Shown here: positions 41,201 to 55,299 of the stretch, one piece after another | Numbering within the stretch: the first letter of the stretch is position 1 | How the letters are laid out: every line of letters starts with the position of its first letter | Assembly: GCF_006345805.1 (NCBI RefSeq) | Contig: NC_043002.1 | Coordinates: 99,882,001-99,946,000 of the forward strand | DNA length: 64,000 nucleotides | Direction: 5' to 3' | DNA from: Octopus sinensis | Lineage: Eukaryota | Made by a program: the position numbers and the translations under genes | The notes under the pieces: model-generated | Told to the model about the DNA's origin: nothing | The model's database searches: none | What the model saw: only the letters and a program-made list of their open reading frames with translations

Positions 41201-41337
41201 GATATCAATTCCAGTAAGACACCATTGAGATAATACTAATATATAGAGCAAAACTATTCATTGAGATGTGGGGACCTAGTTGATTCAGTTTACAAACGTA
41301 AAATGTGCTTCTTTCACGCCAATAACCATTCTGCAAG

Positions 41338-41368
<31 letters not shown>

Positions 41369-41594
41369 CGTATATATATGTATGTGTGTGTGTGTGTGTG
41401 TGTGTGATCTAATCCCCATTTCTCTTAAACCAGTGCGATATATGCGGTTAACGAAACAATAGCATATTTCACCTAGATGTGTAATATTCTGTGGTTGGTT
41501 AAAATCAATATAAATAAGCCTGCCTCCTCTGTATAGGTATTCCTCGGCAAAATAAATTATCTGTACCTTTATGCACGACAGAAGAAAGTGTTTT

Positions 41595-41805
41595 GGTTTG
41601 GCAGATTGCTTAGCGCATCGAACAAATTGCTTTGCAGTATTTGTTTCGGCTCTTTACTTTCTGAGTTCAAATTCCACCAATGTCGACTTCGTCTTTCATC
41701 CTTTCAGAGATGATCTATTAAGTACCAGTCAAGTACTAGAGTTGATTACATCGATTCCTCCACCCCCACAAAATCTGCTCTTTTGAGTTTTGTTGACATG
41801 TTTCC
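41595..41805 (+). mobile_element. Decayed family-B SINE
   Basis: TTGGCAGATTG.TTAGCGC...CTGAGTTCAAATTCC..GTCGACTT..CTTTCATCCTTT..AAGTACCAGT. Confidence 0.7.
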
Positions 41806-42121
41806 TCCAATCACAAGAATCTTTTGTAACATACTTATAGACAACTGGACGAAGGTTTTATTCTGCATTTTGCTAATGCACATCACAATTCTAATATCTT
41901 TTCGACTTTCAGATAGCAATTTTGTTATTGAGACACTCTTGTGTTCCATAAAGTTTTCCTCTTTAATGTTAGGGCATCATGTTTTTCAATATTCTTGTAA
42001 ATGTACGCCATTATTATTCTATGACCATATCTGATCTCTTAGTTTCGTGAAGAAATCTCTTAATCATCATTCTCCCCCAAAACTTCTAGCCTGTATCACA
42101 CCAATTTGTCCATTACTTCAA

Positions 42122-42308
42122 GCAGGCAGAATCGTTAGCGCGCCGCGTAAACGCGCCGGGTAAAAAGCTTAGCGGAATTTCCGCAGGGGTTGACTTTGTC
42201 TTTCATCATTCCAATGTCGATATAACTGCCAGTTCAGTACTGGGGTCAATGTAATCGGCTTACTCCTACCCTGAAATTACTGGCCATGTGCCATAATTTG
42301 AAATCAAT
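42122..42308 (+). mobile_element. Decayed family-B SINE
   Basis: GGCAGAATCGTTAGCGCGCCG...GACTTTGTCTTTCATC...ACTGGGGTCAATGTAATC. Confidence 0.7.
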
Positions 42309-43436
42309 GTTCCGTCACTTCAAATTTACAGACACAGTCAACATTACAATGCATTATTTCATCAACTTACAACTCAGTCGCGTACGCCATTATGATCTTT
42401 TTATATTTTGAAATAATCTAATATACTTCTCCACTTTTCCATATTTTATGCGTTTATTATCTGACTGATTCTTATGAATTATAATTATCAAATTCGTTTT
42501 TTAATGTCTTGTACCTGGGCGGTTACAATTATTAGTGATTCTGTTTCTCTTCCACAGTTTTCATATTTCAAATGTAAGCATTCTTCACTTCCAACTGTCC
42601 ATGTAAATGTTTCTATTTTCAACTACTTATCATAGGATTCAGTCTACATTTGAAGGCTTTCCATGTTCCAGTAGCTTCGATTTGTCTCTGCTCACTGCGT
42701 ACAACTAAGTATTTCTTACCCTGCAAATCGCAATATTCACTTAAAACAAAATGACTCTATGAACTCTCTTTCTTGGTAGAGCTTGTCGATAATAATTTCA
42801 TGGTGATGTACACTATACATACTGAGTAACTTTCTAATTTTTCTTTCCAAATATTTTACCTTTCGCACTTAACTTTATTTAAAAAAAGAAGCAGACTATC
42901 GCTGTATTTTCATGACCACACATTGTCTGTCTTGATGATGTAATTTCACTCATCTTCCTACCTTTTCTCTTCTACGTCTTGGAGACTTTCTCTGTCGTAC
43001 ACATTTGCATTATCATATCACTACAATCCCTTTGTAGCTAGTCCTTGCTTCGTTTTATTTCGGTGCTCTAAATAAAATCATCGATTCAAAATTTCGCTAT
43101 TTGGAAATTATTCTGTTCGTTTGAATGCCGTTTTATCTTGTGATGTGATATTGCATTCTACCTGATTTAAACTCTAGAATTCATTCACAGGATCCTTTAA
43201 ATATTACATTGCTTTTCTTCACTCTTTCGTTCGCTCACACCCCCTCCCTCCTTCTGTCTCCCTCCTTATCTTTTTCTCTCTCACTCTCAAGCTCTCTAGT
43301 TATTTTCTCTCCATTCTTTATTTAAAGTGAAACTGAGACAACTTCCTCTTTACGACGTAAAAAGTGAATTTTAAGAAAGTTTGGATTTTAACTCCGAAAA
43401 AAATGTTCTTAAATGCTATATACGTATGCGTATACC

Positions 43437-43668
43437 TATTTTTTTACTACCCACAAGGGGATAAACAATGAGGAGACAAACAAGGACAGACAAAGGGATT
43501 AAGTCGATTATATCGACCCAGTGCGTAACTGGTACTTATTTAATCGACCCCGAAAGGATGAAAGGCAAAGTCGACCTCGGCGGAATTTGAACTCGAAACG
43601 TAACGGCAGAGGAAATACTGCTAAGCATTTCGCCCGGCGTGCTAACGTTTCTGCCAGCTCGCCGCCTT
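43437..43668 (-). mobile_element. Full-length young family-B SINE
   Basis: Complete head to tail. 21-bp TSD CTATATACGTATGCGTATACC at 43416-43436 and 43669-43689. Confidence 0.95.
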
Positions 43669-44673
43669 CTATATACGTATGCGTATACCACCAAATCCTG
43701 TTTGTCCAGGATAGGACTACACAGCCATACAAAAAAAAAAAAAAACCTGCGCAACTCCATTGTCTCCTGAGACAGAAAGGATCCCAATACAATACAATAC
43801 CACCAAAAATGATCCATGGGAATTCATCTATTGCATTAAAAAGTGTAAGGTTTTTTCTTATGAAGCACATTATAACTACTCATTTCCACTGATGTTGCTC
43901 TTGCCACATAATTATTAATTAAATGTTTTCTTCGATGCAAATAGTTATTTTTACTCCAAATATACATATTTTTCGTTAAGACGGTATTCTAAATTAACTT
44001 TCATCGGTTACTGCTCAGTTAAGAATAAATCCCAATCCAGGAATTTGACATCAGGAAATTTAAGTTCTTCGTATGATATGATCTCTTATGACCTATTTTT
44101 CAGTATATTAAGTTGTTTCTTGAGCGTTTTTATTCACTACAGCTCTTATTTTTAAGTTCTCGTTTGCGGTCTGTCTTTCTTCCATCATTGTTGAATTCAT
44201 TTCTTTCTCTGTCACACGCTCTCTCTCTCTCCCTCTTCCCCCTCCCTCTCTTTTTGTCTCCTTCTCTCATACACTCTCACACCGTCACTATCTTAAGCAC
44301 AGTCACTCTGTCTTTATCGCTATACAACTATTATATTCCTGTTTCTCTTTCATCGTAACGTTTTTGCTGTGTCTTTTTTGTCTCGTTGTTTTGTTATTAT
44401 AAGTTTTACTGTTTCCACCCCACCCCCATTTCTCTCTTTATCACTGTCTCTATTCCATTGTTCACGATCTTTCTCCTTTTCTTCTAACCCATAGAATTAG
44501 TCTCTGAATTTTATCAATTTTTCTTCCCTTTATTCTTTCCGCTCATGTTCAATATCTTGTCCCTAGCTATTTTCCTTAATCCATATATAACTTATTTCCC
44601 TCCTATCTTATTTCTTGCTTATTTTGTATTTTCATTCTCTTTCTAACTTTCACGCTCTCACCCCCTTTGCATC

Positions 44674-44705
<32 letters not shown>

Positions 44706-45754
44706 GTTTTCTATCTATCTATCTTTCTGTCTATCTATGTATCTTAAACGTGCATCTATCTCGACATCTTTGTTACTTCATAACATACTTGCCTTTCTCA
44801 CACTTTATGTTCCTTACAGATTCTCTCTTTTGTTTCTTAAGTCCACATTTGCCGTGTATCAAACCATTGCATACTTCTTTTTTGCTATTTTAATCTCCTC
44901 CTCCTCTCCTACTTTCTATCATATCAGTATGTTATTTTGTGCTATCGCTCTCTTCGCATCTGCTAAATTACAGAAAACACATGAAAATCATACAAAGCAA
45001 ATCTCGAAATAAAAATAATCACTGCTTGCGAAGAGCTAATACTTCTTAGAAAGGACGGGGATTGTAAGCAGAGTAAAATACTCTTAGCTGAGAAACCACA
45101 TAACAATTATATGTTATAAAATAATATATAGTTTCTTTCAGTAGAAATCTTCAATATCCTAAGATTCATTATCTTTCCACTGTAGCAATAACAAATTACT
45201 TTGAACACAAAATTAATGCGCATGGGCAGTCATGCAAATACAGACACACAGGCACGTGCACATACACGTATATTAATACATGATTATATGAATATGATTA
45301 TATACGTTTGATTGTGTTTACATATGACTGTGCTTCTGTGTATACACAGGTACTTACATATTTATATAACTGTTTATGTTCTTATACGCATATATTCATA
45401 TAAGTGCATGCATATGATATATGTGCATCTGTGTATGAACATGTATACATGTGCTTATATGTGTGTGTGTTTGTCTGGCATTGATCATTAACGTGATATC
45501 GTAGCAGGAGATAATCAGCAAATATCTGCGGAAATAATTATCGTTAAAAATTACAAGGGTGAGAGCGGGGATGAAAAATACAAAAAAAGACTAATATGCG
45601 AGATTTCATCAATGATCTGGTTAACAATGTTTTTCTGAAATGTCACATATCATGTGTTAGGAGAATATTAGTCCGAAGAGCCCAGGTGGGTTTGTACGTA
45701 TGTTGTGTACGCGCATATATGCTCGCAATAAAAACAAATTCATATCCAATTATA

Positions 45755-45835
<81 letters not shown>

Positions 45836-46055
45836 ACAAAATCTACGCATGTACAAACTTGCTGAAATATGCACAAATATGTAGATCCGTATAGTGGACA
45901 ACAGAAATCGTTATACTGACAGCGCAATGAAGAAAATTCGCTGAATGGCACCCACGACGCATTATATCGGCTGACATCTGCACACTCTCATACAATCAAG
46001 CCAAAACATCATGCGCATATAATTTAGTCTTGCTGTTTTTTAATATATAAGGAAA

Positions 46056-46568
46056 CTAGCAGTATCGCCCGGCGTTGCTCGGGTTTGTAAGGGAAATAAC
46101 TATATAAGCATTTTTAGAGAGTTACTTCCCTTATTAATGCCAATTCGGGCTTTCTTAGCCATTTCTGTTTTGGTGTCTTCAAGCCATGAATTCGTTGTTC
46201 TAAAAGAACGCTGGTCTCCTTGACAACGCTTTACGACGTTGATTTCCTTACACTCCCTTCCCCACAGCTTCACGGGGGAAGGAAGAAGGGAGAGAAGCAA
46301 ACAGGTGCAGGTGTGACCATGGACGCCAACTCCGCCGCCATCGAGACACGAAAAATTATGCATTAAAATGGAATAAAAAATTATGTTAAATTATTTTTAA
46401 AATCGTAGACTCATCGTAGACGCGCGCTAATAGCCAGACGGGCTCGATATGCATCACGACTATAAGATACCGGAATTTGGTTAAACTGCACCGCAAAATG
46501 TGGGAGTAGTTAGGAATCTAAATCGAAGGGGACAGACACTCACACAACTACAGTTTTATATATATAGA
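46056..46568 (-). mobile_element. Non-autonomous Helitron, same family as 24902-25292
   Basis: A|TC...CTAG|T ends with a CCCGAGCAACGCCGGG hairpin. Shares its ends with the 24.9 kb copy but carries an extra ~210-bp internal segment. Confidence 0.9.
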
Positions 46569-47020
46569 TATAGGGAAGCAATACCTATTATTGAATTTCT
46601 TCCAACATTTCAAACTTTAGTAGCATAACTTAAATAGTACTTTATATGCAATTGTAATTTATTTTTATTTTTCCTCTAACGATTTCCTGTATACTCTCCA
46701 AATAATTGTAAAAATATATCTTTATTGAAGTAGTCTAATTTGTATTGTGTACTTTCACTGCGCGATTTACCTAAACTCTGTGCTTTTAGTTCTGGTTATA
46801 GTTCGTTTTGCCTTTGATTATTACGTTTGTATTGAAAACACACTACATAATACGTGTTTAAATTATTGCATCTTCTGTATTCCCTATGTTGCATAAGTGT
46901 ATGTGCATTGCAGCTTTGTTTATATATTTGTCTATACTTTTTTGAAGCTGATTCGCAACGTACATATTAGGAAACACTATGTGTTTCTAATCTCACTCTG
47001 GTAGTATCTATTGTCGTATA

Positions 47021-48470
47021 CACTGCGTGTCACCTCAGTTTTCTCACAATAACACAGAAGTCATTCGTTCGAACCCAAATATTTTCTACTGCATGATGAG
47101 AACACCCATCTGCATGTACTGTACCAACATAAATCTGATCCATCCATTCATAAAGAAACAACGGCCATTTTTGTTAATAGGCATCGTTTTTTACTGTCCT
47201 AAATTATTAGGCAGATCTAATAAAATGCTAATTATGCAAAAACAAACATTTAATCAATCGACAATAAAATTTTAACGACAAATATAATCATAACGGACTG
47301 TATAATGAACATAATAATATATTTGAATGGAAATAATGCAAGAAATATGACGTCATAGAGTTCTTAATGGTGGATGGTTGATCCTCTACATAAGAGAATG
47401 ACCATGACGCGTTTATCCATTGAATTTGTCAAGGTAACTATTTTATCTAGTGTACTACTCTCAGCAGCATCTACAATAGCTTCCCAGAGCGCATATTTCG
47501 ATGAAAACTGCCGTCCATCTTGATGTATCTTCCCCTTCAGAACACTCCACTGATTTTCAATACCAGCGTTCTCTTTAATGAAACTTTCTGCTTCTTCAAT
47601 CATGACTTAAAATTGTCATCCAAGAAGGCAACATAAGCATTAGATGTATTCTTTACTCCGTTTGGAACTTTCGAAAGGCCAACCAACTTGTCTCCAATAA
47701 TTCCAGCCAAAATCATGACTTCGCTTCCCCTTTGTTGGCGTCTCAAACGATGAGGACGATATCCGTTAATCGCAACCCATCCTTTACTCCACACATCTGG
47801 CCCGTCTAGAGTAGGAAGGCAGTCGTCAGTAAAGAGGACTTTTGAAAATGTTATCTTCGTGTAGTATTCTGCCCCATTTGACTCTATCGTGTTTATGAAC
47901 AGCCTCAGAGGAGGTCTTGCGTTCTTGGCTACCTGCTTCAGGAGGTGATACCTAGTAGATTTCGAAATGTCTGCCCTACCACAATATTGAAACACTTCTC
48001 AACTAGTCAGACATGTGTTCTTTGCAACTTTCTTCGTTATACGTGACAGGGTACGCCTGATAACAACCCTCGATTTACCCTTGTCATCCCTCGATTGGAC
48101 AGCAGAAGACTCCACACATTTCTTCGCAGTTCGATGATCTCTTCCCAGGATCTTTGATATTTGCAATGTAGTTTTTTGTTTGTTTTCCAAGCTCTAAAAC
48201 GTTGGTGAACTCATTTGATGCTAAATCACGTTTTTGACTCATAATAACACTTTTATTGGGCATTTGCCTAATACTTTAGAACGGTAAAATTATTGCTGTT
48301 TCACGAAAATAGCAGCCGTTTATTTACATCTGCGCAGATCCAATTTATTTTAATATTGTATGCGCAGGCAAATGTTGCCATCATTCAGTGAAAAAAATAT
48401 CTAGATTCAAACGAATAAATACTCTGTTATTTCGTAAAAACAGAGCTGCCTAATAATTTGACACGCAATG
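47021..48470 (-). mobile_element. Tc1/mariner (ITm) transposon, DD37E/TRT-like, with a pseudogenised transposase (47364-48242)
   Basis: TA TSDs and TIR CA(C/T)TGCGTGTCAAATTATTAGGCAG. Protein reads MSQKRDL..., ISKILGRDHRT, KVLFTDD..TLDGPD.W, RRQQRG..VMI.AGI and IEN.WSVLK. It has frameshifts, and the region with the second catalytic Asp is deleted. Confidence 0.9.
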
Positions 48471-48659
48471 TATTTATAGCTAAGTATTTAGCATGTTTCT
48501 TTAATCGATTTAACAGTTGGAACTTATATTTCTTTTGTGTGATATTTCCTTTCATGGGTATTTATAAGAAAAAAGTCTACTCGATATTCTTGTCAACCTC
48601 CCCCTCTAAACAATTTGAAAATCTGGGACGGTTTGTAATAAGATTATCTACTTTTGTGA

Positions 48660-48822
48660 ATGCGGTGAGCTTAGCAGCAGTCTGTCCGTCTTTATGTTCT
48701 GAGTTTAAATTCCTTTGAGGTCGAATTTAAAAACAAATTAGTATCCTTTAGGCTCTAGGGCCAATGTAATCGTCTAGCACCTCACGCACATTTCAGACCT
48801 TCTATCGATTGTAGAATCGATT
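48660..48822 (+). mobile_element. Decayed family-B SINE
   Basis: GCGGTGAGCTTAGCAG..GTTCTGAGTTTAAATTCC..GAGGTCGA..ATGTAATCG. Confidence 0.55.
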
Positions 48823-49399
48823 ATTTTGTTTTGTCAATTTTTACCTTTTGCATAGCAGAGACAACCTTATTACTTTTTACAGGGCTTCTGAGATTTATGG
48901 GCTGACGGAAGAAATTTATTTGCTAACCAGATCCCTAATATAAATGCTTCATCGATGTGAACTGTAATAAAAGAACAAAATGACGGGACAGATTAATGAT
49001 TAATCCAAGTAGCCAATGTATGTTTCTGCGACACTTCCAAAGACGGGCTTCACCAACGATTCTACCTACAAATTTCACTGAAAAAGTTTTGGTCCTTATA
49101 ATGCAGTGCAATGGCATTGAATCTGACAACCACCTCGTTGTGAATTGTAGAGTATATCTTAACCTCCTGCTTGTAAAATTTCGTTTATATGTGTAATTCA
49201 TCATAGTGAAATTTCCACTGTAATGGTAGCTTATCGTTGTTGTGTATATCTATAAGTTTTATCAGATTTGGCAGACAGAAACAAGAATGTTGTTTCTGTA
49301 CAATCTCCAAATATTCTATAATACATTTATGCATTATGTTTTACGTAATTTCTGGTACGACAATTTTAATTTTGAGGCGCAATGAAGTCTAGTTTTGAT

Positions 49400-50600
49400 A
49401 CGTTCAGTAACTTACAATATTGTCATGTACGGGGTTTCCACACCAAAAACTCAGCATGCTATATTGTGAACCCCATTTTTCAGTCTGGTCTTTTGATGTT
49501 ACTCTTTATAACTCACAAGGGTTAAAACTGTTCTGAATGTCAAAATTGGACTTCGATCCACTTTTGGGTCTTAATTCGCAATAAATAATTATTCTAAAAT
49601 ATATGTAGAGTTCGTTTTCCCAACCTTTATGTCTTGTCTATTGAACTTTGCTTAGTTTATTAATTCTCTTTATTTAACAATATATTTCTGAGGTTTGATT
49701 TTCCCCTCTTAAACATAGCAGATTTAAACTGAATTTCCTCCCACTTATTGAATCCTTTCACCCTGTGCAGCTGTACTTTCAATCTTTCATCATTCGAAGC
49801 GCCTATTTTAAGGTCATCCATTCCAAAAATTGGATTTATTCCCCTGCAATAACAGTTGTAAGTTCAAACTAGTGTTGTGCTTTGTTTAAAGTTGTTATCA
49901 ACATGCAGAAACGGAGCCTATAGAAGTAGTCACTAAACTTTCCTACCACTTTTTCTGTACCTGTTGAATACAATCAGAATGTTTTTTTTTCCTTTTTTTA
50001 TTATTTCCTGGGGCATTCCATTTTATATACTTTTTAGTGTCTGCGCAGCTTCTGTATATTTTTGCCCTAGGTTCTTCATTTGCTGCATATTTTGAACATT
50101 TTAAATGCCTTTGACAATCATTTTGTTGTCCATATTTCTTCCCCACCTACTCCAAATTCTAGTTTTCTTGCTTTTAGCACAATATTACATTCTATTTAGT
50201 TCTTAGTAAAATTGTTTCGTAGGAGTGGAACGAAACGATTCACTATTTTCATGCCGATCATTTGTTTTTCCATTTTGCGAAAAACTCTGCTTTCAGGCGT
50301 TATATTATTTCCTGTATTTCTGTTTTTGTTTTGTAATCTTGCAGTATTTTTTATACTTTCTAATTTGTTTTCATTTTTTGTTATTGATTTCATTTAGATT
50401 CCAGATGCCTACCATTGTGTTTGTTTTCTTGGTTGCTTTCGTGTATAAATGTTCCTACATGGGTAGTTCAACGAAATACACTCTTATGTTTGTAACTTAC
50501 TGAATCTACTGCATATTTTATTTGGTTGATTTTCGTATCTGTTCACATTCGCTGACCATATATTTTATCATTGAGTCTGTCATATCTTCAACAGTAAATT
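49400..50600 (-). mobile_element. Possible very degraded APE-type (L1/Tx1-like) LINE
   Basis: A-rich minus strand with a GIWNLN-like post-endonuclease motif near 50390-50415 and a lysine-rich linker. No intact RT motif seen. Confidence 0.3.
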
Positions 50601-50664
50601 TAAATATATCTAAATTTTAATTCTATAACTATTTCTATATTTATATTATCTTATTTATTATATA

Positions 50665-51075
50665 GGCGCAGGTGTGGCTGTGTGGTAAGTAGCTTGCTAA
50701 CCAACCACATGGTTCCGGGTTCAGTCCCACTGCGTGGCATCTTGGGCAAGTGTCTTCTGCTATAGTCCCGGGCCGACCAATGCCTTGTGAGTGGATTTGG
50801 TAGACGGAAACTGAAAGAAGCCTGTCGTATATATGTATATATATATATGTGTGTGTGTGTTTGTGTGTCTGTGTTTGTCCCCCTAGCATCGCTTGACAAC
50901 CGATGCTGGTGTGTTTACGTCCCTGTCACTTAGCGGTTCGGCAAAAAAGAGACCGATAGAATAAGTACTGGGCTTACAAAGAATAAGTCCCGGGGTCGAG
51001 TTACTCGATTAAAGGCGGTGCTCCAGCATGGCCGCAGTCAAATGACTGAAACGAGTAAAAATAGAAAAGAGAGAA
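50665..51075 (+). mobile_element. Full-length family-A SINE
   Basis: GGCGCAGGTGTGGCTGTGTGGTAAG...GGTTCAGTCCC...(TA)(TG)...CTCCAGCATGGCCGCAGTCAAATGACTGAAAC. Confidence 0.95.
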
Positions 51076-51756
51076 AATATCCAACACTAAAATTTACTAT
51101 TCATATTCATTTATTCCTCATATTAACTTAATTTTATTTTATTATGTTGAAATAAGTTTGTTTTTGTTGGTCATAATTTCAGTAAGTATACTCAACTTGA
51201 TTTTGATAGAATCTTCTATTAGCTTCGTATCATCTGTATCAATAATTAGAGCTGCAGTTTAGCAGAGCAGTTAATGACGTGAAAAATACCTTGCGGTATT
51301 TCACTAATATTTGATTTCTAGTCTCGAAACCTTTCGACGTTTTGTCTTTCATCTTTTCGGTGCCGATAAAATAAGGTATCAGTCAAGGGATGAGGCCGAT
51401 GGTATCGACTGACATTTCCCTAAAAACTACTAGCCCTGTGTTTCCTTTAGAAATACTATATTTCCTAGTATGTAAGAGAAGTTTGTTTTTATTTGTAAAT
51501 ATACCGAAACTTGCTATTATAAATAGGTGACCGGGTGTCTTAAGCGAGATAGTTGGAAGACTATAAATCCGCTTTACTAAATAATTCTTACTAATACTAG
51601 CACTGAGAAAAAGGGCAAAATCTCACAGACTGTTCGTAAAATCCTACGAAATATTGCTTGTTGTGTAGAGTTTACATATTCTTATTATACATCCTTCCCC
51701 ATTATACACAACGTACACCTTATATACGCCTTACATTTATCAGTGATCGTGTTGCA

Positions 51757-52364
51757 TTTACTCTTTTATTTTTTTACTTGTACAGTCATTTGACTGCAGC
51801 CATGCTGGAGCACCGCCTATAGTTGAGCAAACCGACCCCAGGATTTATTCTTTGTAAGCCTAGTACTTTTTCTATCGGTCTTTTTTGCCGAACCACTAAG
51901 TTACGGGGACGTAAACACACCACCATCGTTTGTCAACGATGTTGGGGGGAAAACACAGAAACACACAAACATATACACACATACATACATATACACACAC
52001 ACACACAAATATATATATATGTATATATATGTATATATATATGTGTATATATATGTGTATATATATGTATATATATATGTATATATATATATGTATATAT
52101 ATGTATGTATATATATGTATATATATATGTATATATATATGTATATATATATATATATGTGTATGTATATATATATATATGTATATGTATATACATATAT
52201 ACGACAGGCTTCTTTCAGTTTCTGTCTACCAAATTCACTCACTAGGTTTTGGGCGGTCCGAGAATATAGTAGAAGATACTTGCCCAGGGTGCCAAGCAGT
52301 GGGGCTGAACCCGGAACCATGTGGTTGGTAAGCAAGCTACTTACTACACAACCACTATTGCGCC
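51757..52364 (-). mobile_element. Family-A SINE with a ~240-bp internal microsatellite
   Basis: Head and tail on the minus strand; TA/TG tract at 51960-52201. Confidence 0.92.
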
Positions 52365-52791
52365 TATACCTAAATGAAAAATTCCTCAAGAAAGATGAAA
52401 ATGGATTGTTACAGTTTTCAGCATCCCTACATTCTGGTCATGTCTATTTCTATTTCTCTAAATTTGGAAAATCTCTTTTTCTCTTAATTGATACCAACTC
52501 TGATTACAATGATATTTCGATTAGGAGGAGCCTGTTTATTGGTGTTCGTTGAGAAAGTATTCATGATCCCTCTATCTGCGTGGACTTGTATATTCCAGAG
52601 TACGGACTTTCCCTGAGACCGTTTCTACAGCGTCCAGTTCAATACTTAAAATTTATTAACGCCAAGCCGAAAATGGATGAAGCAATGAATTTACTTAAAA
52701 TTATTTTCTTCCAGCAGAGATGATTAGTTTTTAAATTCATCTCTTTCTTCTTCATCAACAAAATTGCTGCCTGTTATTAAAAACAGTTTTC

Positions 52792-52995
52792 AGGGTGGTG
52801 AACTGACAGAGACCTTAGCACAGTGGACAAAATACCGAGCAGATTTACGTTCGGTGATCAAATTCCGCCGAGTTCGATTTTGCCTTTCATCATTTAGTGG
52901 TCAGTAAAATATGTAATAGTTGGGCACTAGTGTCAATCTAATTGACTAAACTCACCACAAAAATTTTAGGCTTTGGACCTATAGTAGAAAGTATT
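52792..52995 (+). mobile_element. Decayed family-B SINE
   Basis: GGTGGTGAACTGACAGA..TCAAATTCCGCCGAG..TTTGCCTTTCATC. Confidence 0.65.
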
Positions 52996-55089
52996 GACGA
53001 TACTATGTTTTCTGACTCCGGCGTGATAAAAGGTAAATTTGATCTCGGGGATGTTTAAAATCAGAACGAAAGTAACCGAAAATATTTACACACTTCCCTA
53101 AACTGCAAGTCAAAAATAAAGGAATATTTACAATTCGACTGCACAATAATCCTACATGGTTTTATGGAGTCAAACTGATTTTTGAAAAAAAGAGCATCGT
53201 GTATTTTTAATGCTTTTATCCACTGAGGGTATTTCTAGAGTATTTATAACGTGTCATTATGGTTCATTAAAAATGAGAACTAATCTATATGTGGGTGGAT
53301 TGGCAGAAAGAACTGCATGGAATGATTTGCGGTATTTAATAACGCCAAATTACTTGCTAATTTAAAATCCCGTTGAGTTCCATTTTGTTTTGACCTTTTA
53401 GCTTTATTAGAATAGAGAACCAAACAAGCGTAGGAGTCAATGTAATCGACTACGCGTCTTAACTTTTAAAAGCTGATAATTTTGTGCTTAAATTAGACAC
53501 AATTATAATCATGGGTTCTTTTCGCACAAATTGTATGCTCAAACATTCGGTTAAGGGGGATAACACTAGACACAATAAACCACTTGGTTGGTGATCGAAA
53601 AAGAGATAAGAACTTGATTAAATTTTGAAATAGTGCTTATATTTTGAAAATGTAGTATATCTGAAAACTGTAGTAAACAAATGTAGCATGTAATATTAAG
53701 AAGAGTTTGTTGCTCTGAGCCTATGTGTTGGAGAATGTATCGGTTGTATTGCATTTATTAACTGATTCGTACCTTCCTGGTAAACGAAATATAAAATGCA
53801 AATGAACAGCGTCGTATACATCTAAATATGTTTATAAAAAATGAAACGTGTCAAAACAGGAAATAAATAATTTGTATTTTGCTTAGCAATGATTTGAAGA
53901 TATTTTGGTTGGCGTGAGTAGTTTCTGAAATATCAAAGCATGCGTTCATTCTACCAAGTAAATATACGTAACAAAATTAGTGACATCTGAATTTTGATGG
54001 AATAATGTGTAATGAAAATACCATGGTGTAGTTTAACATTTTATTATAGAATACTTTTTTCTGTCTTCTTTAAAATATCATTTATCTGAAGCCAATATTT
54101 TTCGGAAGAAAGCGATACTTGTTACATAATGAGTCGAATAAATTAGATTTTTCACACGAATTCTGAATTGCTTGTCCTTTAAAAGATTATCAAGACGAGT
54201 TTTACAAAGTTTACTTAATATTAACTTCTGCGCCATAATTTGATTCATAACGAAACGTAACTTGTAAATTATGTACTGGACCAGATTCTAATGTTCTTAA
54301 TATATTAATTTTGGAAATAAAAAAAAATGTTCAGTATTTCTACTTTCATCGTATATCAAATGAAACAAAATCTTTAATAAAAAAAAAACTCATTAACAAA
54401 ACGGTAATTAAACGATCTTTATTTTGGCTGTGTACATAATACTTTTTTATCAGTAATCGCCTAAAAAAATATAATTATCTTTCTATATTTATTTACCAAT
54501 TTACCTATATATATTTTTTCTTTCTCTCTCTCAAATTTTTTCTCGGTAATAGTAACTTAGCACTACTCCTTCAATACGTATTCCAAATTCGTAAATACTG
54601 CGTAGATTTGACAGATTGTTTTTCCTATATACCTCTAATAAAACTAAATATTAGATAATTCATGACCATATATTCTGGCTTTTCTATTTTTTACACTCGT
54701 TCATATTTTATAATTTTCATGCCTTATTTCTATTTGTAGCTCTGTATAAGATACACAATACATAGATAATTTATTAACTTCCTATTTATTAACTTGATTG
54801 TTACAGAATAGTAAATATGCTCTTAGAGTTCGATATATACAACAATCATAGGCTAAATGTTGGTACTATTTCATTCCTCTTATAGACAAATTCTTGTTTG
54901 ATAATAGGAGACTAAATCATACACAAGAAAAATATCTATAATACACGCACATACGCACGAACGCACATGCACACACGCATATACATACATTGATTGATTG
55001 TTTATGTGTGCGAGTTTCTATTAATATATGTGCAGGCATGTGTGCGTGTGAGCGTGCGAGGATATAGTGAGTAGTTACAGGCTTTATGG

Positions 55090-55260
55090 TTGTTGTAAAA
55101 GGCTTGGTTGGCATCCCAACATTCAAAATCTTTTTACAGGGCTTAGAAAAAAATTGAAGGACTGCTGCAATAAGGGTGTAAAACTCAGAGCGAAATATGT
55201 TGCATAAAATCTTAACTTATTTTTTCTCAAAACTAGGAACTTTTTAACACCCACCGCGCA
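55090..55260 (+). mobile_element. Mariner 3' relic
   Basis: FLQGLEK..DCCNKGVKLRAKYVA* resembles the mariner C-terminus GI.KL..RW.KC...G.YVE. Followed by TIR-like GGAACTTTTTAACACCC. Confidence 0.6.
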
Positions 55261-55299
55261 TAATATGTATACACATACAAACACACTAATATATATATA

